This document shows, one piece after another, positions 47,078 to 55,146 of a stretch of 64,000 nt of DNA. Both the position numbers and the translations under genes were made by a program. Under the pieces are notes generated by a model. It saw only the letters and a program-made list of their open reading frames with translations, was not told the DNA's origin and made no database searches. The stretch's first letter is position 1; each line of letters opens with the position of its first letter. Location: the IMG/VR virus record IMGVR_UViG_3300029994_000005, positions 3,761-67,760 of that record; one strand, 5' to 3'. The DNA is from a virus.

Positions 47078-47895
47078 ACTTTATATCCTTCCGGGTTCCT
47101 GAGCAGAGAGTTCGTGGTGTGAATATCACGGATCCCTGCATCAAATAATACCTGCTTCCCTTTTGAGAATAGTCCGTGTGAGACTGCTAGGTCGATTGGT
47201 CCTGTCTTATATTCTTTAAGTGCTTCAGCTACTTTGATGAAGGTCATCCCGCCGTCGCAGATGTCGTCGATGATTAGGACACTCTTGCCGTAGAGATCCT
47301 GGTGAGATGTATTAACTTTAAGTCCAGTGATCTCGCCCGTCTGCTGGTTGCGAACCTTCTCGCACCAGATGAACTGCTTACCAGTGGTCTTAGCGTAGCG
47401 CTCAGCTGCGCCTTTGTCTGGGTAACATACAAAGTCATAACCGATGGTGTTAAACAGAGTCTGATGAAACTCTTTGGGAGTTGTAGACTCCATTGGAAAG
47501 ACGAGATCAGACTTGGAGTGTGGGTCAAAAGCCTCGATGCGCGTGATACCTGCGTTATATAGGATCTCTGTGAATGTCTTGAGCGCGAAGCTCAACTTAT
47601 TGTTTACTTCCTTATCTTGACGAGCGTAAGGAAGATAAGGACATACAAGATCAACACTGGTATCGAAAACGTCATAGCATAACTGCGCCACTTGGCATAC
47701 TTGGATTAACTCAGCTTCATTCTCAAACAGCCATAGTATATATGTGACGCTGTTCGGATCCATCTTTGACTCATCAATCTTCCAGACCTGGGAAGTTCCA
47801 TCTGGAAAGATGGTTATCGTAAAACTTACTTCTTCGCCGTCGCTGATGAGCTTAATCATGTGTTCTCTCCCAGTAAGAAATCTAAGTGGCGCCAC
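47071..47895 (-). CDS. Ribose-phosphate pyrophosphokinase (PRPP synthetase) family
   Basis: Motifs ISDGEEVSFTI, CPYLPYARQDK and VLIIDDICDGGMTFIKVAEALKE match the Prs divalent-cation and PRPP-binding sites. Confidence 0.8.
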   Translation of the reverse strand: MAPLRFLTGREHMIKLISDGEEVSFTITIFPDGTSQVWKIDESKMDPNSVTYILWLFENEAELIQVCQVAQLCYDVFDTSVDLVCPYLPYARQDKEVNNKLSFALKTFTEILYNAGITRIEAFDPHSKSDLVFPMESTTPKEFHQTLFNTIGYDFVCYPDKGAAERYAKTTGKQFIWCEKVRNQQTGEITGLKVNTSHQDLYGKSVLIIDDICDGGMTFIKVAEALKEYKTGPIDLAVSHGLFSKGKQVLFDAGIRDIHTTNSLLRNPEGYKVW

Positions 47896-48356
47896 ATAGC
47901 ATCGTGCTCGCCGTCTTTCTTGAGCATCAGCTTGAAGTGCGGATACTCTTTCTTGTACATGTCAAGCTGTTTCGCTTGATCTAGTACAGACCGTTCTACG
48001 TTTGCTATACGGTCAGCCAGCTTCAGGGTCGTAGCCTCTCTAGAGGCTTGAATCTTAGGGTAGGTCTTTTCGTGACGCTCTTTGCGGTTCTTACCAGGCT
48101 CGTTTGTTACTCGGTGAACTAGATCTGCTACATGCCTACCGAATGTAATCTCGATCTGGAACACTGTTGCATCTGTGTCTTCGACTACATCATGCAACCA
48201 GGCTGCGACCTGAAGGTCCTCGCTATCAAACTTGAAGCGGCGCAAGACTTCAGCTACGGCAGCGAGATGCTCTGTGTAGGGAGAATTCTCCCCGTATTTC
48301 TGGTCTTTGTGCTTTGCTGCTGCAAATGCCGCTGCTGCTTGAATAGCGAGGCTCAT
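47856..48356 (-). CDS. HD-domain phosphohydrolase (RelA/SpoT-hydrolase-like)
   Basis: Motifs AAKHKDQKYGE.PYTEHLAAVAEVL and WLHDVVEDT. Confidence 0.65.
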   Translation of the reverse strand: MSLAIQAAAAFAAAKHKDQKYGENSPYTEHLAAVAEVLRRFKFDSEDLQVAAWLHDVVEDTDATVFQIEITFGRHVADLVHRVTNEPGKNRKERHEKTYPKIQASREATTLKLADRIANVERSVLDQAKQLDMYKKEYPHFKLMLKKDGEHDAMWRHLDFLLGENT

Positions 48357-48357
48357 A

Positions 48358-48471
48358 TTAGTCTTTCTTCTGTGTTGCCGCTTCTTTAATCAACTTGATA
48401 CCAACGTATAGTACGAGAGAAGCTACGCCAAGGATCAATACTCCGATACCGATATCAACTAATGCGATCAT
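48358..48471 (-). CDS. Small membrane protein (37 aa)
   Basis: Sequence MIALVDIGIGVLILGVASLVLYVGIKLIKEAATQKKD with RBS ggagaaaatATG. It is below the ORF-track threshold. Confidence 0.35.
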   Translation of the reverse strand: MIALVDIGIGVLILGVASLVLYVGIKLIKEAATQKKD

Positions 48472-48537
48472 ATTTTCTCCTTAAATAAGTCTATCTAGAA
48501 AAGGCACCACCCGGAGGTGATGCCTTCAAAGATATAC

Positions 48538-49791
48538 TTAGTTGTCTTCAGACTTGTTTGCTGCAGCAGGCACTTTAGTGCGTGGAGCTTTAGCAGGTTG
48601 ATCTTTGTTCATGCGATCGTTCAAATCCATGAAGGACTTAAGACCGATTGCGTCGAAGGGGTTCATTGCCGATTGACCGTTAGATCCACCGCCGATTACC
48701 ATCATGCCTGGGAACTGAACACCAGCAAGCTCATGTGCTACACCGATGCGAGTCTCTTTGTCGATCGTCGCACGCTCAAGGGGAGTAAGACCTGCTTGAA
48801 CTTTGAGGCGGTTAACTTCAGCAAGAGCTTTACCGTTCGTTACTTCAGCCGCAGCATCTTGTTCAGCTTGTTTGCGTTTCAGCTGAGATACTTCGAACTC
48901 TTTCTGAGCGATAGTGACTTCTTTGATCTTCTCAACTTCTTGCTTAGCTTTCTCAATCGCGATCTGAGCATTACCTTGTTCGCGTGCAGTGATCGCATCT
49001 TGCTTAGCTTTTTCAGCGTTAGCTTTAGCGACAACTTTCATCTGCTCAGCTTCTTTTTTCTTCTGGATCAGAGCATCGATAGTCTGGTCGAAGTCGATGT
49101 CTTTGATAACGAACTGGATGATGGTTACGTTATAAGCTTTGAGCGGAGAGATCTTGCGAACAACTGGCTGTCCAGCTTTGTCAAGCTTGATGTTGACTTC
49201 ACGAGTCACGAACTCATTGCCGTCTGCATCTTTCTCTTTGAATTCCTTAGCTTCAGTCTCGTAGATCCCGTTCTTTACTTGATCTTCCACAAGTGAAGTG
49301 AACTCAGAGCGACGAGTAGAGTACGACTCTTCAGCGCGCATCAGAGTAGCCGTCTGCATCAAGGCTTCAGCAACAGTCTGACGAATCAGATCGTGCTTGA
49401 CGCGCTCGTAAGACTTGAAGTCTTTATGCAGGAGCTTCTGAGTCTCAGGGTCAGAAGGTAGACGGAATTTGATGCCGCCAGACACCTTCGCAGTACCGCC
49501 GTCGTTGAAGCGAATGTCGATCGTGTCTGACTCAGCACCTTTGCCGCCGTCAAGATCTGACTTCGAGAAGTAGTACATGTCCGACACGTGGTAAGTTGTT
49601 ACGTTACCGAAGAGCTTCAGATACGTACCTGACTCATTGTGAACAGTTACATCACCAGTAACAGCTGCCTGTTTAATCTGATAATAGCCTTGGTCATTCG
49701 TCGTGAACACTTCACGTCCGACCGTTGCCAGGATAAGAACTGCGACCAATCCGCCTACGGCGAGACCAATCAATTTAACTCGTGCGTCCAT
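48538..49791 (-). CDS. SPFH/band-7 (HflK/C or flotillin-like) membrane protein
   Basis: N-terminal TM segment LIGLAVGGLVAVLILATV. A central SPFH-like beta/alpha domain. A long Ala/Lys/Glu/Gln coiled-coil region (AKANAEKAKQDAITAREQGNAQIAIEKAKQEVEKIKE). Confidence 0.7.
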   Translation of the reverse strand: MDARVKLIGLAVGGLVAVLILATVGREVFTTNDQGYYQIKQAAVTGDVTVHNESGTYLKLFGNVTTYHVSDMYYFSKSDLDGGKGAESDTIDIRFNDGGTAKVSGGIKFRLPSDPETQKLLHKDFKSYERVKHDLIRQTVAEALMQTATLMRAEESYSTRRSEFTSLVEDQVKNGIYETEAKEFKEKDADGNEFVTREVNIKLDKAGQPVVRKISPLKAYNVTIIQFVIKDIDFDQTIDALIQKKKEAEQMKVVAKANAEKAKQDAITAREQGNAQIAIEKAKQEVEKIKEVTIAQKEFEVSQLKRKQAEQDAAAEVTNGKALAEVNRLKVQAGLTPLERATIDKETRIGVAHELAGVQFPGMMVIGGGSNGQSAMNPFDAIGLKSFMDLNDRMNKDQPAKAPRTKVPAAANKSEDN

Positions 49792-49857
49792 CTATAAAAC
49801 TCCTTTGTATGAAAAGGCGTTAGCGTTCAAATTTAATTACAATCAGGACAGGTTCTA

Positions 49858-50115
49858 CTATCTCCAAACAGTCCATGTCACTCGCTTCTGTTCAGCAGGT
49901 GGAAGATGTTCAGTATAGAAGGCGACCATAGATTCGTATGTTCTAGATAATAGACCTTGAGCGGCAATATAGTCACAGCAATCAGACGCCTCTTGAATAG
50001 TCATGTTGCAAGAAGATGCAATCTTGTTCATTCCTGGTTTAGCTTTCCCGTGCTTACTAATGATGCCTTTAAGGTAGGCCTGAACGATATTAACTTTTAC
50101 TTGACAGATAGCCAT
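49858..50115 (-). CDS. Hypothetical protein
   Basis: 85-aa ORF. Confidence 0.45.
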   Translation of the reverse strand: MAICQVKVNIVQAYLKGIISKHGKAKPGMNKIASSCNMTIQEASDCCDYIAAQGLLSRTYESMVAFYTEHLPPAEQKRVTWTVWR

Positions 50116-50166
50116 ATAAAATCCTTTGTGATGAGTTGTGTGATTGGATTTTACAGATTAAAAGAA

Positions 50167-50240
50167 TGGAGTCCCACCGCGGTAATTCTCCGCGTTATCT
50201 GGGTTTGCAAGCCAGAACATTAATTTTATGTTAGAGGGAC
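50167..50240 (-). tRNA. tRNA-like element, 74 nt, with a TCCA 3' end; the anticodon is unresolved (possibly GCA)
   Basis: Acceptor GTCCCTC / GTGGGAC with one mismatch. Hairpins TCTGG...CCAGA and CGCGG-AGAATTA-CCGCG. The D arm and T loop are non-canonical. Confidence 0.25.
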
Positions 50241-50245
50241 AAGAG

Positions 50246-50333
50246 TGGAGGAGAGCAACGGACTTGCACCGTAAACCTCGAAAGGTCCGTGTTGCTTAGC
50301 AGGCAAACCCAGCGCTTCGCCGGTTTACTCTCC
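50246..50333 (-). tRNA. tRNA-Ser-like (anticodon GCU), type II, 88 nt, with an encoded CCA
   Basis: Acceptor GGAGAGT / GCTCTCC with a G-U pair. Anticodon loop CTGCTAA. T arm with loop TGCAAGT. It lies 2 nt from the next tRNA. Confidence 0.4.
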
Positions 50334-50335
50334 AT

Positions 50336-50404
50336 GGTAGACCTATGAGGAGTCGAACCTCGTTAGCTAGATTAGAAGTCCAGCGACCTTCCTTTGGTAG
50401 GTCC
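50336..50404 (-). tRNA. tRNA-like (possibly Arg, anticodon UCU), short, with an encoded CCA
   Basis: Acceptor GGACCTA / TAGGTCT with a G-U pair. Anticodon arm CTGGA-CTTCTAA-TCTAG. T arm CGAGG-TTCGACT-CCTC. The D arm is truncated. Confidence 0.35.
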
Positions 50405-50411
50405 ATAAAAC

Positions 50412-50489
50412 TGGTACTCGAGGTGAGACTTGAACTCACACTGTGCAGGGTTTAAGTCTGCTGCCTCTGCCAGTTGGGGTAGTCAAGCA
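50412..50489 (-). tRNA. tRNA-like element with a canonical T arm (GTGAG-TTCAAGT-CTCAC) and an encoded CCA; the acceptor pairing is unresolved
   Basis: Anticodon-like loop CTTAAAC (UAA). The 5' acceptor strand cannot be paired by hand. Confidence 0.3.
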
Positions 50490-50578
50490 TGGTGAGTGAT
50501 GAAGGAATCGCACCATTCGTCGCCTTCCCACATGTTTTATGACAACTGTTTTACAGACAGCTTGCGGGGACATCACTC
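50490..50578 (-). tRNA. tRNA-Tyr-like (anticodon GUA), type II, 89 nt, with an encoded CCA
   Basis: Acceptor GAGTGAT / ATCACTC is perfect. The anticodon arm GCTGT-CTGTAAA-ACAGT has the same loop as E. coli tRNA-Tyr. The T region is atypical. Confidence 0.45.
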
Positions 50579-50579
50579 T

Positions 50580-50675
50580 TGGAGGAAGGTATCCGATTCG
50601 CACGGATGAAACCCAGTGTTAGTGGGTTTACCAGGGTTCAAGCCTGGCGCAATAATCTATCTCTGCCAACCTTCC
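50580..50675 (-). tRNA. tRNA-Ser (anticodon UGA), type II, with an encoded CCA
   Basis: Acceptor GGAAGGT / ACCTTCC is a perfect 7 bp. D stem GCAG/TTGC. Anticodon arm CCAGG-CTTGAAC-CCTGG. Long variable-arm hairpin ACCCA...TGGGT. T arm ATCCG-TGCGAAT-CGGAT. It is 1 nt from the HNH gene stop. Confidence 0.55.
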
Positions 50676-50676
50676 G

Positions 50677-51204
50677 TTAAAATTTATTCGACTTCTTTAA
50701 GTTCTCTTCCCTAGGTAAATGTTGTAAATTCCAGGGCACATGTAGTCCACTTACGTTATCACCCTGTAATGGGACTATATGGTCCACATGGTGCCCTTCA
50801 GGACGATCTTTATAAATCTGCTTAATGTCGTCCATATTGACCCATTTTGGAGTTTGCAACTTAATCAACTTTCTTCTCTGTGTAGCATCGATGGACTCTT
50901 TCTGTCTAAATTCTTCGTTGGTTCTGTATTTCTCTCTTCTGAAGAGTTTAGTTCTTTCTTGCTCTGCTGCTCTATATTCTTCGTTATTGTTATAACGCTT
51001 TTTCATGTTTTTTAGATTTTGAGCATTATGTCTAGCTTTAACATTCGGATCTTTTAAAGATTCAGTTTTGCGTTTGGCTGAACTCAAAATTCTCTTTTGT
51101 CTATAAACAGGATCTGAGTCATACTTCCACTTAATATAATGGTTTTGACAAAACCCTTTACCCTTATGTTTTCTCTCACAGCCTTCAATACTACACTTCT
51201 TCAT
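50677..51204 (-). CDS. HNH homing endonuclease, inserted between the two halves of the tRNA array
   Basis: HNH core GHHVDHIVP...N...[16 protein letters not shown], with an N-terminal [16 protein letters not shown] Zn ribbon. Paralogous to 1312 and 11200. Confidence 0.8.
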   Translation of the reverse strand: MKKCSIEGCERKHKGKGFCQNHYIKWKYDSDPVYRQKRILSSAKRKTESLKDPNVKARHNAQNLKNMKKRYNNNEEYRAAEQERTKLFRREKYRTNEEFRQKESIDATQRRKLIKLQTPKWVNMDDIKQIYKDRPEGHHVDHIVPLQGDNVSGLHVPWNLQHLPREENLKKSNKF

Positions 51205-51568
51205 AAATTCCCATAAAGCGATCTAAAGAGGAGCGACTATACGCGGAGTTCTATCTTTGTGTTATCATCTGTCTTGATGTTATGTTGCCATAACATTCTT
51301 TGCCCATAACCCGACTGCTAAGCGAGTAGCCTCATCGCAGTCCTATTTATAGTTGCTACACATACCCTGTCGCCCGTTTCACCCGTTAGATTTACCCAAC
51401 GACTCGTCTCTGATGCCGTGACTTACCTTACGGTAGGTGGCCGTTAACCACTATGTTACTCTATGTAGCTCCGACGTTCTTCTCTCCAACATTGCATTGG
51501 TCGAGCGATAACCTGTCGCTCCTCTTTAGATCATAAAATTTTAGTTTCAGAATCCCCTAAGTAAAGTT

Positions 51569-51644
51569 TGGTCCCACCTGTCCGTTCCGCCCGGACCTCT
51601 TCGCTTCTTCAGAGCGACACTTTCACTAGATTGGCTTAAATGGG
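51569..51644 (-). tRNA. tRNA-Phe-like (anticodon GAA), 76 nt, with an encoded CCA
   Basis: Acceptor CCCATTT / AGGTGGG with two G-U pairs. Anticodon arm TCGCT-CTGAAGA-AGCGA. T stem GTCCG/CGGAC with a non-canonical loop GGCGGAA. It is 1 nt from tRNA-Asn. Confidence 0.4.
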
Positions 51645-51645
51645 A

Positions 51646-51721
51646 TGGCTGACGAGACAGGGTTCGAACCTGTGACCTAACCGTTAACAGCGGTTTGCTC
51701 TACCAACTGAGCTACACGTCA
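51646..51721 (-). tRNA. tRNA-Asn (anticodon GUU), 76 nt, with an encoded CCA
   Basis: Clean cloverleaf. D arm GCTC-AGTTGGTA-GAGC. Anticodon arm AACCG-CTGTTAA-CGGTT. T arm ACAGG-TTCGAAC-CCTGT. One T:T mismatch in the acceptor stem. Confidence 0.8.
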
Positions 51722-52066
51722 ATGAATTATAATGAATGTTTGGATTTAACGTCTCGCGGACTTACGTATTAGTTTAGCTATTAAAGCAACTAAAATACGA
51801 AAAATCATTAATCGCAGAACGCGATAAATTTGATCTCAAATATGATGTATGAGCGAATGCTTTCATAAGGTCTAGCATACCACAAGATTTAGATTAAGAA
51901 GTGAATTTATCAACAAATAATTTGTTTGCGCTTATTAGTGGATTTATATGGACGGTAATGTCGCAATAGGTCACAAAGTCATCCCAGGATATAACCTTGA
52001 GTTTGAACAGTGTGTACATGAGGGCTTTATAGGCAATAATTTTTTGAGAGTTAACTATTCCACCCC

Positions 52067-52534
52067 TCATGCCCAGCTCGGTTTCTGCCGGTTAGTCCAC
52101 TTGGGAGGACGCTTGTCGTGGTTCCACTTGTCTCGAAGAGTTAGCTTATAAGCATCGAATATACCTGTGTTTTTGTAGGTACTGCAGTTTGCAAACGGGG
52201 TAATTTGACCTGGAGGCATGAGCTTTGTACCACCACAGAGAGTGTTGAAGATGTCGTATGATTTATGTCCTTTGCCAGTACGATTATGACGTTCCTCTAC
52301 GAGATCAGACATGTAGAGAAGTGTCCATCGATAATTCTCACTAGACTCGCGAACCCACACAGCGCAAGGATGATTTACATGCGTAGACTTATAGATATCA
52401 TTTCCAGTGTATCCTTGAACACGCATCGCTGTGCTAAGCAACTGTGCGGTCTCGATAATCATCTTGTTGAGACGTAGATCGTCAAGTGCTTTTGCACATT
52501 CCATTGTGTCTTCACTTACAACAAAGATGTTCAT
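52067..52534 (-). CDS. Hypothetical protein with a weak resemblance to T4 endonuclease V (pyrimidine-dimer glycosylase)
   Basis: 155 aa. The N-terminus NIFVVSED..A..LDDLRL and the C-terminus RPPKWTNRQKP loosely parallel DenV (INLTLVSELADQHL... and ...RPTWYKYYGKA). This is a by-eye comparison only. Confidence 0.45.
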   Translation of the reverse strand: MNIFVVSEDTMECAKALDDLRLNKMIIETAQLLSTAMRVQGYTGNDIYKSTHVNHPCAVWVRESSENYRWTLLYMSDLVEERHNRTGKGHKSYDIFNTLCGGTKLMPPGQITPFANCSTYKNTGIFDAYKLTLRDKWNHDKRPPKWTNRQKPSWA

Positions 52535-52706
52535 AAAACTCCCTAGTATTTCTGTCTTGCTCTCAATTCAGGATTAGCGCGATTGATTGCTTTGAGTGTC
52601 CGCCAAGCAGTGTCACCCTTTAAGAATCCAGACCGCATTAAGAAATGTAACAGTTGTTTCTTCATAAAGAAATCACGAAACGCGTCGTCATTACGAGGAC
52701 CGAAGC

Positions 52707-53138
52707 TCATAACAACTTTAAGTGTTTTGTAAGAGGATCGATGACTTCGGGATAGTCAGGTCCAATAGCTACAGCAGTATATGTTGGAACACCATCGAAC
52801 TCTGTAAGTCCTGCATCTTGAATTAGAGAGCAGAGAATCCCAGCAGCTTGCGCCTTATTAAAGATGTCGCGAAGCTCTTCTTCAGAATCTACTGATACGC
52901 AGATCTTTGTGAACTTGCCGTCAAGCCACTCTTGAATGCGCTTGAAACCAAGAGTATCTGCACTTAGGAATAAGCCACCCTCATCTGCGAAATCTGTATC
53001 TGGATCACTAGGAATAGAACGCGACTCCAAAAGATTAACAATAACTGCCATTGATGCATGAGCACCTTGAGCAACCATCTTGCCCTTGCGCATGTTTAGA
53101 TCTTTACGTAAGATGATGACCTGCTTTGGTGCCGACAT
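52707..53138 (-). CDS. Peptidyl-tRNA hydrolase, PTH2 family
   Basis: Motif VIILRKDLNMRKGKMVAQGAHAS matches the PTH2 signature, and the protein ends ...TAVAIGP. The start is placed at the internal Met with an AAGGAA RBS. Confidence 0.7.
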   Translation of the reverse strand: MSAPKQVIILRKDLNMRKGKMVAQGAHASMAVIVNLLESRSIPSDPDTDFADEGGLFLSADTLGFKRIQEWLDGKFTKICVSVDSEEELRDIFNKAQAAGILCSLIQDAGLTEFDGVPTYTAVAIGPDYPEVIDPLTKHLKLL

Positions 53139-53139
53139 A

Positions 53140-53430
53140 TTATTCCTTATAGTAAGCGTTCGTCTTATCTGTGTGATCCGTGATATCAACCACATGATTG
53201 ATAGATGGATCAAAGTTCATGATGTGGTTCTTCACCAGCATGTTGAGCGTGTACTTAGCGCCAGCACAACCTCGACATCCGCCGATCATCTTTACATAAG
53301 CGATAACGAAGTAATGTTCAGCATTGTCGCCACGATTTATCTCTGTGATCTCAACACGACCACGATGTTGACCAAGTAGAGTATTTACACTCTCGTCAAG
53401 CATCGCTTGTACTTCTTGAACTGTTTTCAT
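53140..53430 (-). CDS. NifU/Nfu-like Fe-S cluster scaffold domain protein
   Basis: Motif GGCRGCAGAKYTL is like the Nfu C-terminal CxxC domain. Confidence 0.65.
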   Translation of the reverse strand: MKTVQEVQAMLDESVNTLLGQHRGRVEITEINRGDNAEHYFVIAYVKMIGGCRGCAGAKYTLNMLVKNHIMNFDPSINHVVDITDHTDKTNAYYKE

Positions 53431-53637
53431 TTAATCCTTCTTACTTACAGAACCAGTGCCCCTAAATGCAGAAGCTAACAATGCAAACCCAAATGCTTCC
53501 AACCAGCTAAGGTCTGCAAGGTGAAACACTGGAACCATAAATAGTGCCCAGCCAATCTTAATCATGATGAGGCTGATAAGGGTGAATACCACCATGATAC
53601 CAAGAATCGCGAACATTGCAGCTATTAACTTATCCAT
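53431..53637 (-). CDS. Small membrane protein
   Basis: 68 aa with two hydrophobic helices. Confidence 0.45.
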   Translation of the reverse strand: MDKLIAAMFAILGIMVVFTLISLIMIKIGWALFMVPVFHLADLSWLEAFGFALLASAFRGTGSVSKKD

Positions 53638-53911
53638 TGTTATCTCCTTTTAATACGGTTTCTTCAAACACGTCGTTTACTGTCATCTTCGTAATGTTTA
53701 TATCAACACCAGAAGTAATCATGATCTCGACATTTTGTAAACCCTTAGTCTTAAGCCATATTTCTAATTTACGGCGCATGTTCTCTATATAGCTTTGACT
53801 TACTGCTCCGCCTTCTGGTGCAGTAAGCGTCATCACTAAGAAATCTCCGTCACTTACCTTCAGGTTTGATATCACTTGGAATACCCCATCTGCTATCTTT
53901 AGCAGGATCAT
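53630..53911 (-). CDS. Hypothetical protein
   Basis: 93-aa ORF. Confidence 0.45.
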   Translation of the reverse strand: MILLKIADGVFQVISNLKVSDGDFLVMTLTAPEGGAVSQSYIENMRRKLEIWLKTKGLQNVEIMITSGVDINITKMTVNDVFEETVLKGDNNG

Positions 53912-54269
53912 TGATGTCTAGAAAGATAGGAGCTTTCATCCAGGCCGTTGCATGTAAGTCGTCAACATACCAATTAGGCTTATCCATAACTAGATCAACC
54001 AGATTCTCAATGCCGAGCGTCTTAACTACAGACTCAGCCCACTCGTGTCCACCCTGACTCCAGACTACAACCGTATGTCCGCGGGCTTTAAACCGTCTCA
54101 TCAACTCTATGTGTCTAAGGTGAGGAAGAACGAGCTCAGAGCAGGCGCCATCAGGGTTGACTATTGATATAAGACCGACACCGCTTGGGTTTACTGCTTT
54201 CCAGTCCCAGATCACTAGTGTGTCGTCAACGTCAAAGAATACTGATCGTGTAGCTCTGATTACTTTCAT
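53850..54269 (-). CDS. HAD-superfamily phosphatase
   Basis: N-terminal DxDxT motif FFDVDDTLV. Confidence 0.6.
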   Translation of the reverse strand: MKVIRATRSVFFDVDDTLVIWDWKAVNPSGVGLISIVNPDGACSELVLPHLRHIELMRRFKARGHTVVVWSQGGHEWAESVVKTLGIENLVDLVMDKPNWYVDDLHATAWMKAPIFLDINDPAKDSRWGIPSDIKPEGK

Positions 54270-54604
54270 CTGTTCTTCTTCATACTCTCGACCTGCTTGA
54301 TCAGATCTTCAAGGGACATATCGACTGCATCATTAGCGTCGATTTTAAAGGTTGCTTTTGAATTAGCTTTCTTTGTTGTAGTTTTAGTGGTCGTTTTCGA
54401 CTGTTCGAATAACTCAGCAAGAGACTGAGCCTTCTGACGAGCCGTTTGCGGAGGAGCTGGTACAGACTTAGGCGGACGTGAGTTTCTCAATGCCGCACGC
54501 TGATCAGCCTGTTTCTGTTTTGCTACCTTCAAGGCGTCGTGAAACATCGTTACTGCGACACCTACGATAAACAGTACGAATCCGAGGATGATTAGGGTTA
54601 ACAT
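54266..54604 (-). CDS. Membrane-anchored hypothetical protein
   Basis: 112 aa with an N-terminal TM segment LTLIILGFVLFIVGVAV. Confidence 0.45.
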   Translation of the reverse strand: MLTLIILGFVLFIVGVAVTMFHDALKVAKQKQADQRAALRNSRPPKSVPAPPQTARQKAQSLAELFEQSKTTTKTTTKKANSKATFKIDANDAVDMSLEDLIKQVESMKKNR

Positions 54605-55146
54605 TACCAGTCACTCCCACCAGAAGAGTCAGACGATCCACTGTCATAGCTCGAACTATCGTCTGATGAAGATGAATCATCGCTAGAAGAGCTGTCGTCA
54701 GAGCTATCATCCGATGAATCGTCGCTGTCGTTTGAATCAGTTGTATCTGGAGTAGGGTCGATGTTGTGTTCTGTGTGGCTTGACTCAGCAAGCTCAGAAC
54801 CTACAAGAGCGCCTAAAAAGTCTCCACCGATAAGTCCGCCTGCTACAGGAGAACCGGTAAGAGCACCGATAACAGCTGATGTAGCGAAGCTTCCACCACT
54901 ATCGTGGTCGTGAAGTTCTTGTTGGTTGTTTGCGTTATTGACTGATGCGTCTTTACGGATCTGATATACGTCTGCGCCGACTGGAAGTACAGGAGTCGTT
55001 AAAGGCTGCTGAGCTTGCTGCTGAGCTTGCTGCTGAGCTTGAAATTCTGCTTCGCGAGCATTCTGAATCTTAACTGCACGTTCTTTGAAGTAAGCGACGA
55101 TCGAAATAAAGCCGAATGCACCGGCCAAAATAAGTACTAATTCCAT
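54604..55146 (-). CDS. Membrane-anchored protein with a Ser/Asp-rich low-complexity tail
   Basis: N-terminal TM segment. The C-terminus reads DSNDSDDSSDDSSDDSSSSDDSSSSDDSSSYDSGSSDSSGGSDW. Confidence 0.5.
   Translation of the reverse strand: MELVLILAGAFGFISIVAYFKERAVKIQNAREAEFQAQQQAQQQAQQPLTTPVLPVGADVYQIRKDASVNNANNQQELHDHDSGGSFATSAVIGALTGSPVAGGLIGGDFLGALVGSELAESSHTEHNIDPTPDTTDSNDSDDSSDDSSDDSSSSDDSSSSDDSSSYDSGSSDSSGGSDW

Noticed and set aside
48517-49296. Plus-strand 259-aa ORF antisense to the SPFH gene
   Set aside because: It is antisense to a gene with clear domain signatures. Its translation is Leu/Phe/Ser low complexity.
50412-50489. A tRNA-Leu(UAA) assignment for the element with the perfect T arm
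   Set aside because: The anticodon-like loop CTTAAAC fits. However, no 5' strand complementary to the 3' acceptor CTCGAGT could be found. It is reported only as an unresolved tRNA-like element.
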